Assembly (NCBI GenBank): GCA_038496445.1
Contig: JALMLS010000320.1
Span: 310,001 to 374,000, forward strand
Direction of reading: 5' to 3'
Source of the DNA: Trichosphaerium sp. ATCC 40318
Taxonomy: Eukaryota; Protista; Tubulinea
DNA length: 64,000 nt
Part shown: piece by piece, positions 1 to 11,326 of the stretch
Position numbering within the stretch: position 1 is the stretch's first letter
Layout: every line of letters starts with the position of its first letter
Position numbers and translations under genes: made by a program
The notes under the pieces: generated by a model
What the model was told of the DNA's origin: nothing
What the model saw: only the letters and a program-made list of their open reading frames with translations
The model's database searches: none

Positions 1-1538
1 TTGTTTTTTTTTGTAGACAAGAAAATACAAAATGACAACCTACAAGGATTGTTTTATAGGAAAAGAAGCTGTTGACTGGCTAGTAAAGAATGTGACAACG
101 GTTCACTCAAGACAAGAAGCTGTAGAGTTTGGTACAGGTTTGATGCAGTACCAATTAGTTCATCATGTACGTTGTTAACAACATAGCTGTTAAAAAAGTG
201 GCAAAGCTCTAACTTTGTTTTTTCGTTTAGGTTTGCAGGAGTCAGCCTTTCCGCGATGGACACTTTTTCTACAGGTTCCAGGCCGATTGTAAAGGAACTG
301 TACTTAATATGAAGACTGTTTGGACAAAACAAGCTCGTAGTGCCGAGGAGGTTGCTGAAGATTTGAGGAAGCAAATTGCTGATTTATTTGCCGCTCATGT
401 TGATGATACAGGACGTGGTGTTGATTACGCTGCTATAAGCACTTCGGACAAATTTGATGATTATAGACGTGCTGCATCCGAGTTACAAACAGTACGTTAC
501 ATCCGTGATAACAACTGTGGCGGTCGTTTTTTTTTCTCATTTTGTTTTTCTTTGAACGCTCGCCTTGAGTTGGTACTAAAATGTATCGGGTTTTTTGCGA
601 TTTGAGATGTTCTGGCTAACAATGGTTAGGTTAATTTACAATCTTTGCGTCCTCATGCTAAGAAAGCTCTTTTTGTTAACTTGTACAATGCCTTGGTATG
701 TATTCCTACTTTTTTCTGTTTTTCGCATAAAATTTTATTTCGTTCTCACGTTACTGTGCTTATTTTTGGTTAGGTTATTCATGGTATAGTTGAAGAGGGT
801 GTACCTGATAGTGCTGTTAAACGTAACTGGTTCTTTGGGAATATTAGTTACAACATCGGAGGCAATTATTTTTCTCTTAATGATATTGAGCATGGTATTC
901 TTCGTGGAAATAAGAAACCTCCTGGTCCATTTTCTTCAAGACTTATTGGTAAAGATGATCCAAGGTATGTTGTGTTTAGTATGAGGTGATTTGATTTGTA
1001 TGTTGTTTACAAGAGATAGAGCACCATTGGTTATGATTGTAAGAGATGCTCGTATTCATTTCGCGCTAGTTTGTGGTGCTAAGTCTTGCCCACCTATTCG
1101 TATTTATACAACAGAAAATGTTGATCAAGCATTGGATTGGGCTGCTGAGAGTTTTATTGATGACGAAACAACAGTTGATCCTAATAAAAAAGAGGTACGA
1201 TATCTGCTTTCTTTCGGACGCAGAAAAAATAAGAAAAACCAAAAAAAAAGATTTGTTCTTTCTTTGAGTTTAACATGAAACTAGGTCAAGCTTTCACAAC
1301 TTTTCAAATGGTATTCAAGTGATTTTGGAAAGACAAACCTAGGTACATTCTTTGATCTTTTTATACAGCCTTGTGTGTTTGATTTCTAACATCCCTTTTT
1401 TTTTATTTAGAGGTTTTAAAGTTTGTGTCGAAATACGTGACAGGTCAGAAAAAGACTGATCTAGATAAACTCATTTTAAATAAGAGCTTCTCTATTAAAT
1501 ACAGTACATACAACTGGGCCGCTAATAAGCGATCTTAA
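1..1538 (+). CDS. DEP domain + DUF547 protein, multi-exon, 5' end outside window
   Basis: Spliced exons read KMTTYKDCFIGKEAVDWLVKN...RQEAVEFGTGLMQYQLVHH...PFRDGHFFYRF (DEP), then KKALFVNLYNAL, YNIGGNYFSLNDIEHGILRGN, DARIHFALVCGAKSCPPIRIYT, LFKWYSSDFG and YNWAANKRS* (DUF547 hallmarks). Stop TAA at 1536-1538. Confidence 0.88.
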
Positions 1539-1801
1539 TTGAAAAAAAAAGCAGACAAACAAAAAAATCCAAAAAAAAAATTAGGCATCGTTTTGTTACT
1601 TGAACTACCCCTTGTATAAAAACCTTGTATGTACTCTATAAACGCTTTATTTTGTAAAATTATAGTCTATTGTTGACTTTTGCCAGAGATGCGAAACATT
1701 TCACGTGCTTTGGCTCAAAACGCAACACACGAGCCAAGTTTTTTAATTTTCTTTCGAAATCATCAAAACAAAACCACTACAGGCATCTTTGACGCCATAC
1801 C

Positions 1802-2767
1802 ATGTCGCTGGTACATCTTCAAAGTGAAAAAAATATTCCATCTCTTCAACACCTCCCACCTGAGATACTTACAGAGATATTGAGTAATTTGGACATGCTG
1901 GAGCGTATAAGCACCACGAGAGTTTGTCATTTATTAAATAACATTATTCGCAAAAACCTTGGATTTGACTGGATAAGAGTGACAGAACCAGCAGATTGTA
2001 AAGCTCTAAAAGGCAGTCCACTTCTTAAAAATACCCTTATTTTTTGTTACATAGAACTATCAGAGGCAGACTATTCTTGTCTTTCTGGTGTTACTTCAAT
2101 ACACCTCGCATTTTCGAAAATAACAGATGCAGGTGTACTTGCTTTGCTTGATGGAGACAGCCATACCATCAAAGACATTGATTTGACAAACACACTAATA
2201 ACAGATGTTTCACTAAAAGCACTCAGAGGTGTAAACGTGATTGACATTACAAATTGTATGAATATCACTGTTGAAGGTATTAAGCACCTCAAAGATGCAC
2301 GTGATATTTCAATTGGGGATCCTTTGGATTCGTGGTTTCAACACCTCTCTAATGTAAACAAAGTTACCATAAATGGTGGGGAATCTGTTTCAGATGCAGG
2401 AATCAAAGCATTGCTACATGTCAACTATCTATGTTTGAGATTTTGTCCAAAGATTACAGGCTCAGGTTTGATGCACATGACCAATCTCACAAGCCTCAAA
2501 ATCCTGCAATGTCCAAAGATTACCAGTGTAACGTTGGTCAGTCTTATAAACCTTGAACTGGACAGGTGTGATAATATTACAGATGATGGTTTGAGAAGCT
2601 TGGTCAATCTTGAGAAACTGTCAATCGTTGATTGTTCTAATATTACGGATGGTTGTTTAATGCACTTGAAATCTCTCTGCGAGGTTTTCACCAATATGGA
2701 AGAAAATATCAGAGAAATAGAAGCTGAGAAATTAGGTATAACTTTTGAATACGTACATTCTACATGA
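1802..2767 (+). CDS. Intronless F-box + leucine-rich repeat (AMN1/FBXL-type) protein
   Basis: 321-aa ORF with N-terminal LQHLPPEILTEILSNL...RVCH F-box and repeated LxxCxxITDxG LRRs. Confidence 0.85.
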   Translation: MSLVHLQSEKNIPSLQHLPPEILTEILSNLDMLERISTTRVCHLLNNIIRKNLGFDWIRVTEPADCKALKGSPLLKNTLIFCYIELSEADYSCLSGVTSIHLAFSKITDAGVLALLDGDSHTIKDIDLTNTLITDVSLKALRGVNVIDITNCMNITVEGIKHLKDARDISIGDPLDSWFQHLSNVNKVTINGGESVSDAGIKALLHVNYLCLRFCPKITGSGLMHMTNLTSLKILQCPKITSVTLVSLINLELDRCDNITDDGLRSLVNLEKLSIVDCSNITDGCLMHLKSLCEVFTNMEENIREIEAEKLGITFEYVHST

Positions 2768-3193
2768 AAAAAAAAAGGCAGAAAGGTTTTCTTCAAGATA
2801 CATTCTTCTCTGTGTTGTACCACGGACAGTACACATTTGTAGCAATAATAGAATATAACCATTGTGTTTTGTACTGTCAAGTTAAGTAAACAATGAATTT
2901 ATGTACCACTATAGAACAAAAATAAGAAAAAAAAGGTCTTCAAATAACAGGTTTATGGCTACTTGGAATTGAGAAGCAACCTTAGTGTTGAATGTCAAAC
3001 ACACTCTACTATCTCGTTACAGAGTTGACTTTATTTGTTCCGCTATTCCTTGGCTGCTAAACTAATGGAATCACGACATTTATCTATAGTAAGCTCTTAA
3101 ACCTTTGCTAGCAATTTGTCCGAAATTGTGAGCACAAGAGGGCGTCATGTGTAGATGAGGCAAAAGGTAAAAGGTGCACAACAATATATATCC

Positions 3194-4397
3194 TTAATAG
3201 TGTTTCATACTGAACATGGCATAGTCTTTAGGGTCCTCCTTAAAAGCACCAATGATAGTATTGTCAACCAAGTTAAAACAAAAAGCTGTAACATTGGTTA
3301 CACTTGGCACTGTTTTAGTCTTAAAAACGCGATGTGTATCTCCTTCTATTACCATCTGAAAGAAACCATCATCTGCTCCAAAGTACAAGGTACCTGATCT
3401 ATCAAACTTCATAGGATGTATGCGAGTGGCATGCGTATAGACGTCTTCAACTTTACCATCAATAACACGTGATATTGTCACGTGTGTATAATCGCTTGGC
3501 CAAGAATCATAATCAAGTTTCAATACATACAATATTCCAGTTTTGGGATGTACTGCCAATCCATGTGGACCAAACGCCATAAGTGGTGGTTTAGGTAGTA
3601 TTAGCTTGTAGTTAAGTTGTGTTTCTTTTTTTAAGTTTACTACACATATCCTTGAATCGCCCTCTGAACTTATCAATAAATCACCATTTAAATCAAAACA
3701 TAGATCATCTGGACCATCACCTAAGTTTAAAAAATCTAGAGACGATACTGAACCCTCACTGAGATCTGCAATCAAAAAAACAGTTAAAAAAAAAAACAAA
3801 TGTTTGCACAAGAAAAAAAAAATCTAAAAATGTGCTCTTAGAGAGGAACATATATTTTACCTATACATCTCACAGCGCTGTTATCACAATCTGATAGATA
3901 TATACAACCTTCATTGTCAACTACTACAGAGCGTGGGCAAGAAAAACATGCATCTTTGAAAAATCCATTTTTGAATTCTAGGATCTTAGAAGTTCTGCAT
4001 CCAATTGTATCCTTTAGTCTACCACTCTCTTCCATAACATACACCACACTACATGAAAAATCTACCACAAGAAGCTATTTTGTAGAAAGTTATTGACTTG
4101 CTATTTTAGTCGTTGAGAGCATTGAAAAGAGCCTTACATTACCGGACGGCAACCTAGCGATATCGGAAATGTATGAGGTATTAACTGTAAAGTCATCAAT
4201 AAATTCTAAGACTCGCGGAAGTAAACAAGCCTTAAAAGCATATTAATACGCGATAACAATAGCGTACGTACCCGGACAATACGCGAATGATTTAAATTGT
4301 CCCTTAAAGCAGTGTCGGCAAGTCTTAGCGCTTTAACGGTTTCTAACGTACAAAAATGGGCAATATGAAACAGTATTTCAGGTGGAAAGCACTGCAT
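3194..4397 (-). CDS. F-box + NHL-repeat (beta-propeller) protein, multi-exon
   Basis: MQCFPPEILFHIAHF F-box start. NHL-like FKNGFFKDACFSCPRSVVVDNEGCIYLSDCDNSAVRCI, PDDLCFDLNGDLLIS and PHGLAVHPKTGILYV. 3' end approximate. Confidence 0.75.
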
Positions 4398-5083
4398 TCT
4401 GATTTTGTATGAATACCGAGTTTGACTCTAAAAAGTAAGTTCAACGAATGAATGCCAACCACTTTGTCCATGTTTCCTAACATTGTCTACACTTTCAATC
4501 ACTTGCAACCATACACTATTAATAACGGGGTTCCATCTGTCTCAATATGGTGTTGAAGGCTCTACACCTATCTTTGGCACTGCACCATATCCATCTAACA
4601 ACAACAATGAACCAAATATTTATAGCACCTTGCGACTCCTGTCAGTACATTCATGGCTTCATTATCAACGTGAATACGCTTCCCTCCCTTTTATAGTTTG
4701 AACTCGAGCTAAGTAGATGATATGCGTGTAGTTGTTGAGAGTTTATTTGTGCTGCTAAAACGCCGTGAAATGTGCATGTCATTTCCACATGAAGCCAGGT
4801 AATTCATTCACCTTTCCAATACGCTTGCATGTATGCCTACTGAGTAAAGTGGGTGTCATTGTTAATGTCCTACATTATTGTACTAACAAATAGAAACGCC
4901 AAAGAAAGAATGGAAAAAATGCGAGTTTTCAAGGCCATATAAGTCAGCAAAAATGCTTACTAGGCAACAAAAAGGTTGCAACCAACGCTCGGTTGTAAAG
5001 GATTGTCTAGCAAAATTTTTTTGTTTTTTTTTTTGTTTTTTTTTGTTGTTTTTTTTTTTGTTTTTTTTTTTGTTTTTTTTTTT

Positions 5084-5353
5084 TTACATTCTTGGGCTTC
5101 CGCCTTCGAATGCCATTTTTGCTAGATCTATGTCATAGCTGGATATCATTATGATATTTGATACGCCTGTAGGTGGGTAGTAGAGGTCTTCTACCTGTGG
5201 GTCCCAAGTCAGAGCGTAGGTGTAGTTTGGTCTGGTGTGAACCAGGATGCTTTTAGGGACTGTGACCGTGACTTTAATCACTAATGGTCTGCCCAGGAGA
5301 GAATCGTATTTTTTACGAGCGTACTTTCGCACTGCTCGGAGTAGTCTTGACAT
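5084..5353 (-). CDS. Hypothetical intronless 89-aa protein
   Basis: ATG-to-TAA ORF, GC-richer than its flanks, running directly into a ~70-nt A-rich tract. No family recognised. Confidence 0.4.
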   Translation of the reverse strand: MSRLLRAVRKYARKKYDSLLGRPLVIKVTVTVPKSILVHTRPNYTYALTWDPQVEDLYYPPTGVSNIIMISSYDIDLAKMAFEGGSPRM

Positions 5354-6774
5354 GTCAAGCAGAAGTATAGATATTATAGTTGTAGTATTCTTATGCTTCC
5401 ACTAGATAAAAAAATACATTTTGCTTTTAACCAAGTAATTTCTTGTTGCAAAAAAATTGTGGTTTGCTATGGTTTTTGAGAAAACCGGTCCAGTGTGTTG
5501 TACACGGTAATATAAGCACATCAGGTCCAATCGGTAGTAGATAAACGGATTTTGATGCTGGGTTTTAAGATGTGGAGTTATGAAGTAAATCGGGATTGTC
5601 TTGTTGAGAAACAAATGTGAAAAAAAGTGAAATTCGAAAAAGACTTCAATGCAACTTACAGTGGTTTCTGCGTTCCCATGTGGTGTCTTCTACGCGTATT
5701 TTGATACTAGTCTATATTTATAATGGATAGAAAGTCAATAAAAAAAATAAGGACCAAGAATTTGCGTAATCAACCTTTATTTACTGGCGGTATGTTATTA
5801 ATGTAAAGTGAGGTGTTTTTGTGTTGTTCTGATCCAAAAAAAGGTTGATCTTCCTGTTGTGGCTTCTCTCAAGCTCTTGTCGCTCAAAATGTGCCTCGAT
5901 TTTATAACGTAAATGAATCATAGCGTTGGCGACGGTTTGAACCTGTTACCTGCCTTTTCGGTTTCAAAAAAAACGTGATCGTACCGTTACCGATTTTCTG
6001 TTGACTTTAGCTCTCAAACAGGCTTGTATGTAATATAAGACATAGTCGTATAACTGTAATGCCATTGTAACCTTTTTGGCGCGCTTTCAGTTCAAAATAG
6101 CGTTTGCCTTTCTTTGGCGGACTCTAATGCACTAGCAAGAGCCACAACGCGTACCTCTTAGATTCATAATACTTAATAAGCTCTTTCGAGCTGGTTCTGC
6201 ACCACAACAGCGATCACAGTTGAAAACTCGTAAGCATGGCTCATCAACTCGTTGTGACCCTAGAATATACAAGCGCTTTCCACCTAGCTTACCTTTTGGC
6301 AACCGTTCGCCTCAATAGACTTTGGTTCGCTCACAATAGATACAATGCGAATGTTCAAATGCCTTAAGCCTTGTTTTAGATAATGTCAGCCTTGCTGATC
6401 AAATTCAGCTTGAGATTTGTGTAGTTAGATACCTGCTTTTGTAGTTGATAATCATAAATACGCTAAAGAGCTATTGTCGCGTGGGCACGCTAAATTCGCT
6501 AAGAAACAAAAGTTTGCAACAACAGCAGAGTTAACAAAATTCTACATATTTGGGCTTCCGCAACAGCATGCTCGGTACAATATTTTTTTTTATCAGTTTT
6601 GCCACAATTTTGATCACCCCACTCATTCAAATACGAACTTCTTCCTAATCAAACGCGAAAAACTTATTTAAAAATCATACGACGCTTAAAAAAAAAACCT
6701 CTGCCACCAAACAAGGCACAATCTCAGTAATTTTTCATTTCTTTCTAAGTCGGAATTTAATTATTGGATTACAT

Positions 6775-8590
6775 TCAGTCGTCCTGTATGCTTTTTAAGT
6801 GCTTATTCTCATCGGATATATCTTCTTCCAGTGGGGGTATATGGATTCCATCCCATCTTGTTATAACAGAGTATGTAAAGGATTCTGCAAGCTCAGGAAA
6901 CTCATCAAATAATTCATCATTATCTAAATTGCCACCCTTACGGAACGCTCGAAACAAAGCCATAGACTTCTTTGAAAGACTCTCGCATATGTGGTCTATG
7001 CCACCTTCTTTGATATTTTCTTGGACTATCGCTTGAACTTCCTTAGGATCATCTAAAACTGATATCAAGTCACCTATTTAGACCAGTAAGAATTTGAAGA
7101 AAAAAAGTTGGTGTTCGGTACCTTCTTCTTTGAGTATTATTATCTCTTTAAGTGTAGGTTTAAACTTAAATACCTCAGGATCTGTTACATCTTTTGGATC
7201 ATCAAAACATCGTGTGAACCTTTCAGTAAGAGTTAAATGAGTTGATATTTCTTTATTCTCTTTCGCCAGAAAAAAGCATCACGTACGTTGACTCATTATC
7301 CCAATAGTCAAAAACGTCTATAATATCTTTATGTGCAATGTAGTTGCCAACCTTTTTAAATGAAGAGAATTTCGTATCGGGTATACACTCTTTCCCAGTT
7401 GCATAATCATCATCGTTGTCATAAAGTTTAAAATGATACAGTTTGCTGGATAGAATATTAGGTTTGTAGACAGTTAGCAGTGAGCGTACCCCTTTCCGTA
7501 TACATATTTGAAATCATCTTCTGGGTACGCTTCATCATCTAGTACATTCTCCACATAATCTTCAATATACTTACGTAGTTGATTAGAGTCTTCTGTATAA
7601 GCGTTGTACTTGAATCCTATTTTTTTCTTAAACTGTAAAAAAGTTCGTTCTAATAACCTACCTTGTAATAACCTCATTACAGTAAACGACAGTGCTAGGA
7701 CCTTTGTACCTATTTCTGAGCTTCTATCGTCATAAACAACTATGTAATTCTAGTAAAGAGTATCAGCAAGAAGTGCCAGAATATTAGCGTACATCAAACT
7801 GTTTCGTTTCGAAGTTAAAAACGCCAACTTGATAAAAGATTTCTCCCATTTCACCTTCTTCTGTGTCATGAATGAATAAAGGAATACCAGTTCGCCCTAT
7901 GTAACAGCTAACATCTCCGTCGCTTGGTAGCTCGATGTTAGCCACAGCCTAGATCTGTGAATAGTAGAACCAATTGGAAGAATAGTACCTCGATATTTCT
8001 CCAAACATTCAAGTTGCAGTTAACTTCTGGCTCACCAAGCTTTGACCTATGAACGAGCCTATTATACCAACAAGATTTACCAACAAATGAGTGATGAACG
8101 AAAGGTACTGAAGGGTTTGGAGATGCGAGAAACTCTAAACAAGAAAGTAAGTTCACCTAACATTAATTTGTGACCATATATCACATGTGCTTTAAACTTA
8201 AAGACCTTAACCGAAAGAAAAGAGAACATGTTAAATCACGTACCTAGCTTCTCTTTAAACTTTTGAGCGTATACTCCACGCCAATCGATATTATCTTTAG
8301 CAATCGTAATCAAGCTCTTGTTTACGCTCAGAATGTTTCTTGAAGATGACACTTCGCAAATTTTTGAGCCTAAAGTTGTCAGTGGTCATCAATTTGCTCA
8401 ATAAGCGTACAAATAACCCCCCATACATCTTTGGGTATTCCTCCAAGTGTTGTATCAGCCTGTGAACCGGGTAAAGGTGTTACAGACTATATGTTCATTA
8501 AATCAATGAGAACGTGACTAAAACGGTGTTGATTTATGGTACCTTCATTTTTACTTTCTTTGGAGGCGTTTGCTGGTCTGCAGCTTCCAT
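6775..8590 (-). CDS. F-box-like protein with unrecognised acidic C-terminal region, multi-exon
   Basis: Spliced start MEAADQQTPPKKVKMK...TLGGIPKDVWGVICSKI...ILSVNKSLITIAKDNIDWRGVYAQKF resembles an F-box. Further exons with GT-AG ends run to TGA at 6775. Confidence 0.6.
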
Positions 8591-9290
8591 TTAGATTCTC
8601 TCAAAAAATGCTCACGTTGACTTTTTTCTAGTAGATTCACAACAAGTTGTTTCTTGGAATTACGGGCTTTTTTTTTACCCGCTCCGCGGAATAGAGTTGT
8701 GTCGACAATTGTATAACTTCTTTGTAGCAATGGCTTAGATTTGCACTATATTTTGTGACCCCTTTTATCTCGACATTTACGTGTAATTGTCGAAAAAATA
8801 TGTTGTGACAAGAATGCCCGTAAATAGCTCCATGCTTGCGTTTGTATTATCGGAATTTATTTGTGCCATTTTCAGGGTTATCTTACGAATCAAGGGATAG
8901 CATGTATTTATTTGTGTGCACGCAATTACAAATGCATGATCAGATCCTCAACGTGATTTTTTCGCGGTTTGTAGTGCAAATCCCTTGTAATTCCAGACCA
9001 ATACCACTTGTTAGCCATCATGGTGTAGAGTTCCAACTGCACAACTTGAGATTCCAGGTGCTACAGATGGAGGATAGCCAGGAGAATTCACTTAGAATTT
9101 CTGGATGAGGTTCTCAATCACGAGTTGGTACTCAAGAAGGGTACTCCACAAAGCAAATAAGTACTTTGGCTTCAATTATTACCACTACAAGCGCTAATAA
9201 TAGAAATTGCAATATAACCTGTTCTTCAACAGAATTACAACCCTAATAGTGAAAAAAAAAGGAGTATATTCTTTGTGTTGTCTGCTAGAA

Positions 9291-9363
9291 GGGTGTGTGG
9301 CTTAGGCGGGAAAGCGGCCACTTTCAGTGCGGCAGGACGTGGGTTCGAACCCCACCTCACCCA
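9291..9363 (+). tRNA. tRNA with UCA anticodon (opal-suppressor-like; not tRNA-Sec architecture)
   Basis: 73-nt cloverleaf. Acceptor GGGTGTG/CTCACCC has one U-U. D stem GCTT/AAGC. Anticodon stem GCCAC/GCGGC has one A-C, loop TT-TCA-GT. Variable loop AGGAC (5 nt). T arm GTGGG-TTCGAAC-CCCAC. A73. Confidence 0.8.
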
Positions 9364-9509
9364 TATTTATGCCTTGAGTCTTTTGTGACAACTGCGCGGA
9401 TTGCACTAGTTTTCGAAATTGACATAAGCCAGAATTGGTTACTCTGTTACAATGAACATCTATAAGTGACACTTTTATTATGCACAATATCATGGATTGA
9501 TTATTGTAT

Positions 9510-9895
9510 TAATGATATGTATTATATACGTTTAGTACTTGACCATTAGATTTACAGTGCTGTATCAGTTCTCCATCCTCGTTCCAATGTTTTTCACCAC
9601 AATATTTGAAAGCCATGCCAAGCTCCCTTTATCATACTAGAAAGCTCCTCTATGGTTCCATCACTACGAAAGTACTTAATATCTCCATGATACTCCTTCC
9701 TTCTTATTCCCATCAATCTCCAAACTTCCATCTACTCTCCACTGTTTATGTGCACAATGTATTTTATCATTAACAAATATAACTTTACTCTTAACTTGTC
9801 CATTTGCATACCACTTTGTAGCTTCACCATGCCATTGACCATCAACATATACAAACTGTTTCTTCACTTGACCAACAGGAATCTTGAGCATCTGT
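9510..9895 (-). pseudogene. Degraded MORN-variant (YwqK-like) repeat gene
   Basis: GQWHGEATKWYANGQVKSKVIFVNDKIH repeats. Similar repeats continue past the stop at 9676 in shifted frames (YFRSDGTI; GEKHWNEDGEL). Confidence 0.55.
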
Positions 9896-10334
9896 TAAAG
9901 GCGATACCTACAAACAAAGTGAGAATATTTGTTAATTCTCATTTTGAGGCGTTTAAAAACTGAAACGAACAGGTTTTTGCAGGTTTTGTTAAGTTAACCA
10001 TAGCGGCTTAGCGCGTTTTTGTTGCACTCTTGGTGGCATCTGTAGGAGGCATACGAACGTCCGTTGCTTTCTGTAGCAATGGAGCTGTCACAAAGCGGCC
10101 ACATCAGTGTTAGAGTTCTATCGCGCAGTGGGTACATTAACAACACGCATTCGTCGCAGTTCTGACACTTGAAAAGAACGGAAATAGCACAAATACCGTT
10201 AAAACTAGATCAAACTGTTAACCAGGCCGCGAAATGTATTAGAGAAAACCTAGGATTGGCTTCTGTACATTTAAATTACACTTTTTGTTACATTTTTCTC
10301 AAAACCGCTTAGGGCGTATCTATAGTAGCTTACA

Positions 10335-11079
10335 ATGGATATTTACGCGCAAACAACGATAAAACCGTACAAGAATTTTTAAAGACACATAATCAAAACG
10401 AAACACCTACGTTGGTATCAATGAGGCTCTCAGAAGATCCTATACCAGTAGAACAAGTAAGAAAAAGCACCACGAGTCATAATAACGTCTTTTTTTTGAA
10501 AGTTACGAGAAGCAGCTCAAAATACGCATCAAGGAGATCGAGTGCACATTAAGAGTATTGAACCTGATAAAGGAAGCACTGCAGGTGGCCAAGTGGTTAA
10601 AATAAAAGGTCAACATTTCCCACGAACGCCATTGTCTTGCAGTTTTGGATCTGTTATTGTACCGACTGTTTATGTGTCAAACACAGAGGTATTGACATTT
10701 AAAGTATTCTAAGTACAAACACAGAGTTATCTAACATTCGCCAACAGTTGACTTGTACTACACCATCACACGCAGCTGGTCCAGGTGAGGAATACTTATT
10801 TGTCATGATTTTTTTCGTGACCTGTTTAGCAACTGTGGAGCTTGCCTGGCGTGGCGTCAAACTGACTAATGATGATAAAGTATTCACCTTCATAGATCAG
10901 CAACAATGTGCTAGCATGGGAATTGCACGTGATTTCGTTTTGATCAAAGTCAAATAAACACTAACTGGTTTTTTCGTTAGGGCGTCCCTTCTGGTCCTAC
11001 AGCTTTAGGCTACGACTGCCAAGCTACATGCACTATCACCACTGATGTTTTACCAACAGCAACACTTGATAGGTTTTGA
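10335..11079 (+). CDS. IPT/TIG domain protein, multi-exon
   Basis: LRVIEPDKGSTAGGQVVKIKGQHF...CSFGSVIVPTVYVSNTE/LTCTTPSHAAGP/ATVEL...FTF matches the IPT/TIG pattern. Last intron is GC-AG (10925-10980). Confidence 0.75.
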
Positions 11080-11326
11080 GAAATCCTTTTTGAAGAATGC
11101 TTAACAAAACTACCTCAAATAAATAGGTTATTGTACAAATAAAGAACAGAATTATGACGTATTTCTTTTCACTCTGCGTGGTTAGTTCAGGCCAAGCTTT
11201 ATAAATAGCAAGAACTATCAGTCGTTCCTCTTTGAGCATGTTTCTCAAATCATCCATCCACGCGTGATGTTGCACTTTCTTCACATTGTCAAAGTCAGTC
11301 TTTTTTTGGTGTTTTTTCTTGAATCA

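Noticed and set aside
5800-6460. Exon-like fragments with splice-like signals (also 8950-9180, 36800-37700, 51300-51750)
   Set aside because: No coherent frame or recognisable domain; possibly decayed genes but unsupported.
9291-9363. tRNA-Sec or tRNA-Glu(TTC) reading of the UCA tRNA
   Set aside because: There is no long variable arm or extended acceptor stem for Sec. Shifting the loop by one base to give TTC breaks the anticodon stem and canonical spacing.
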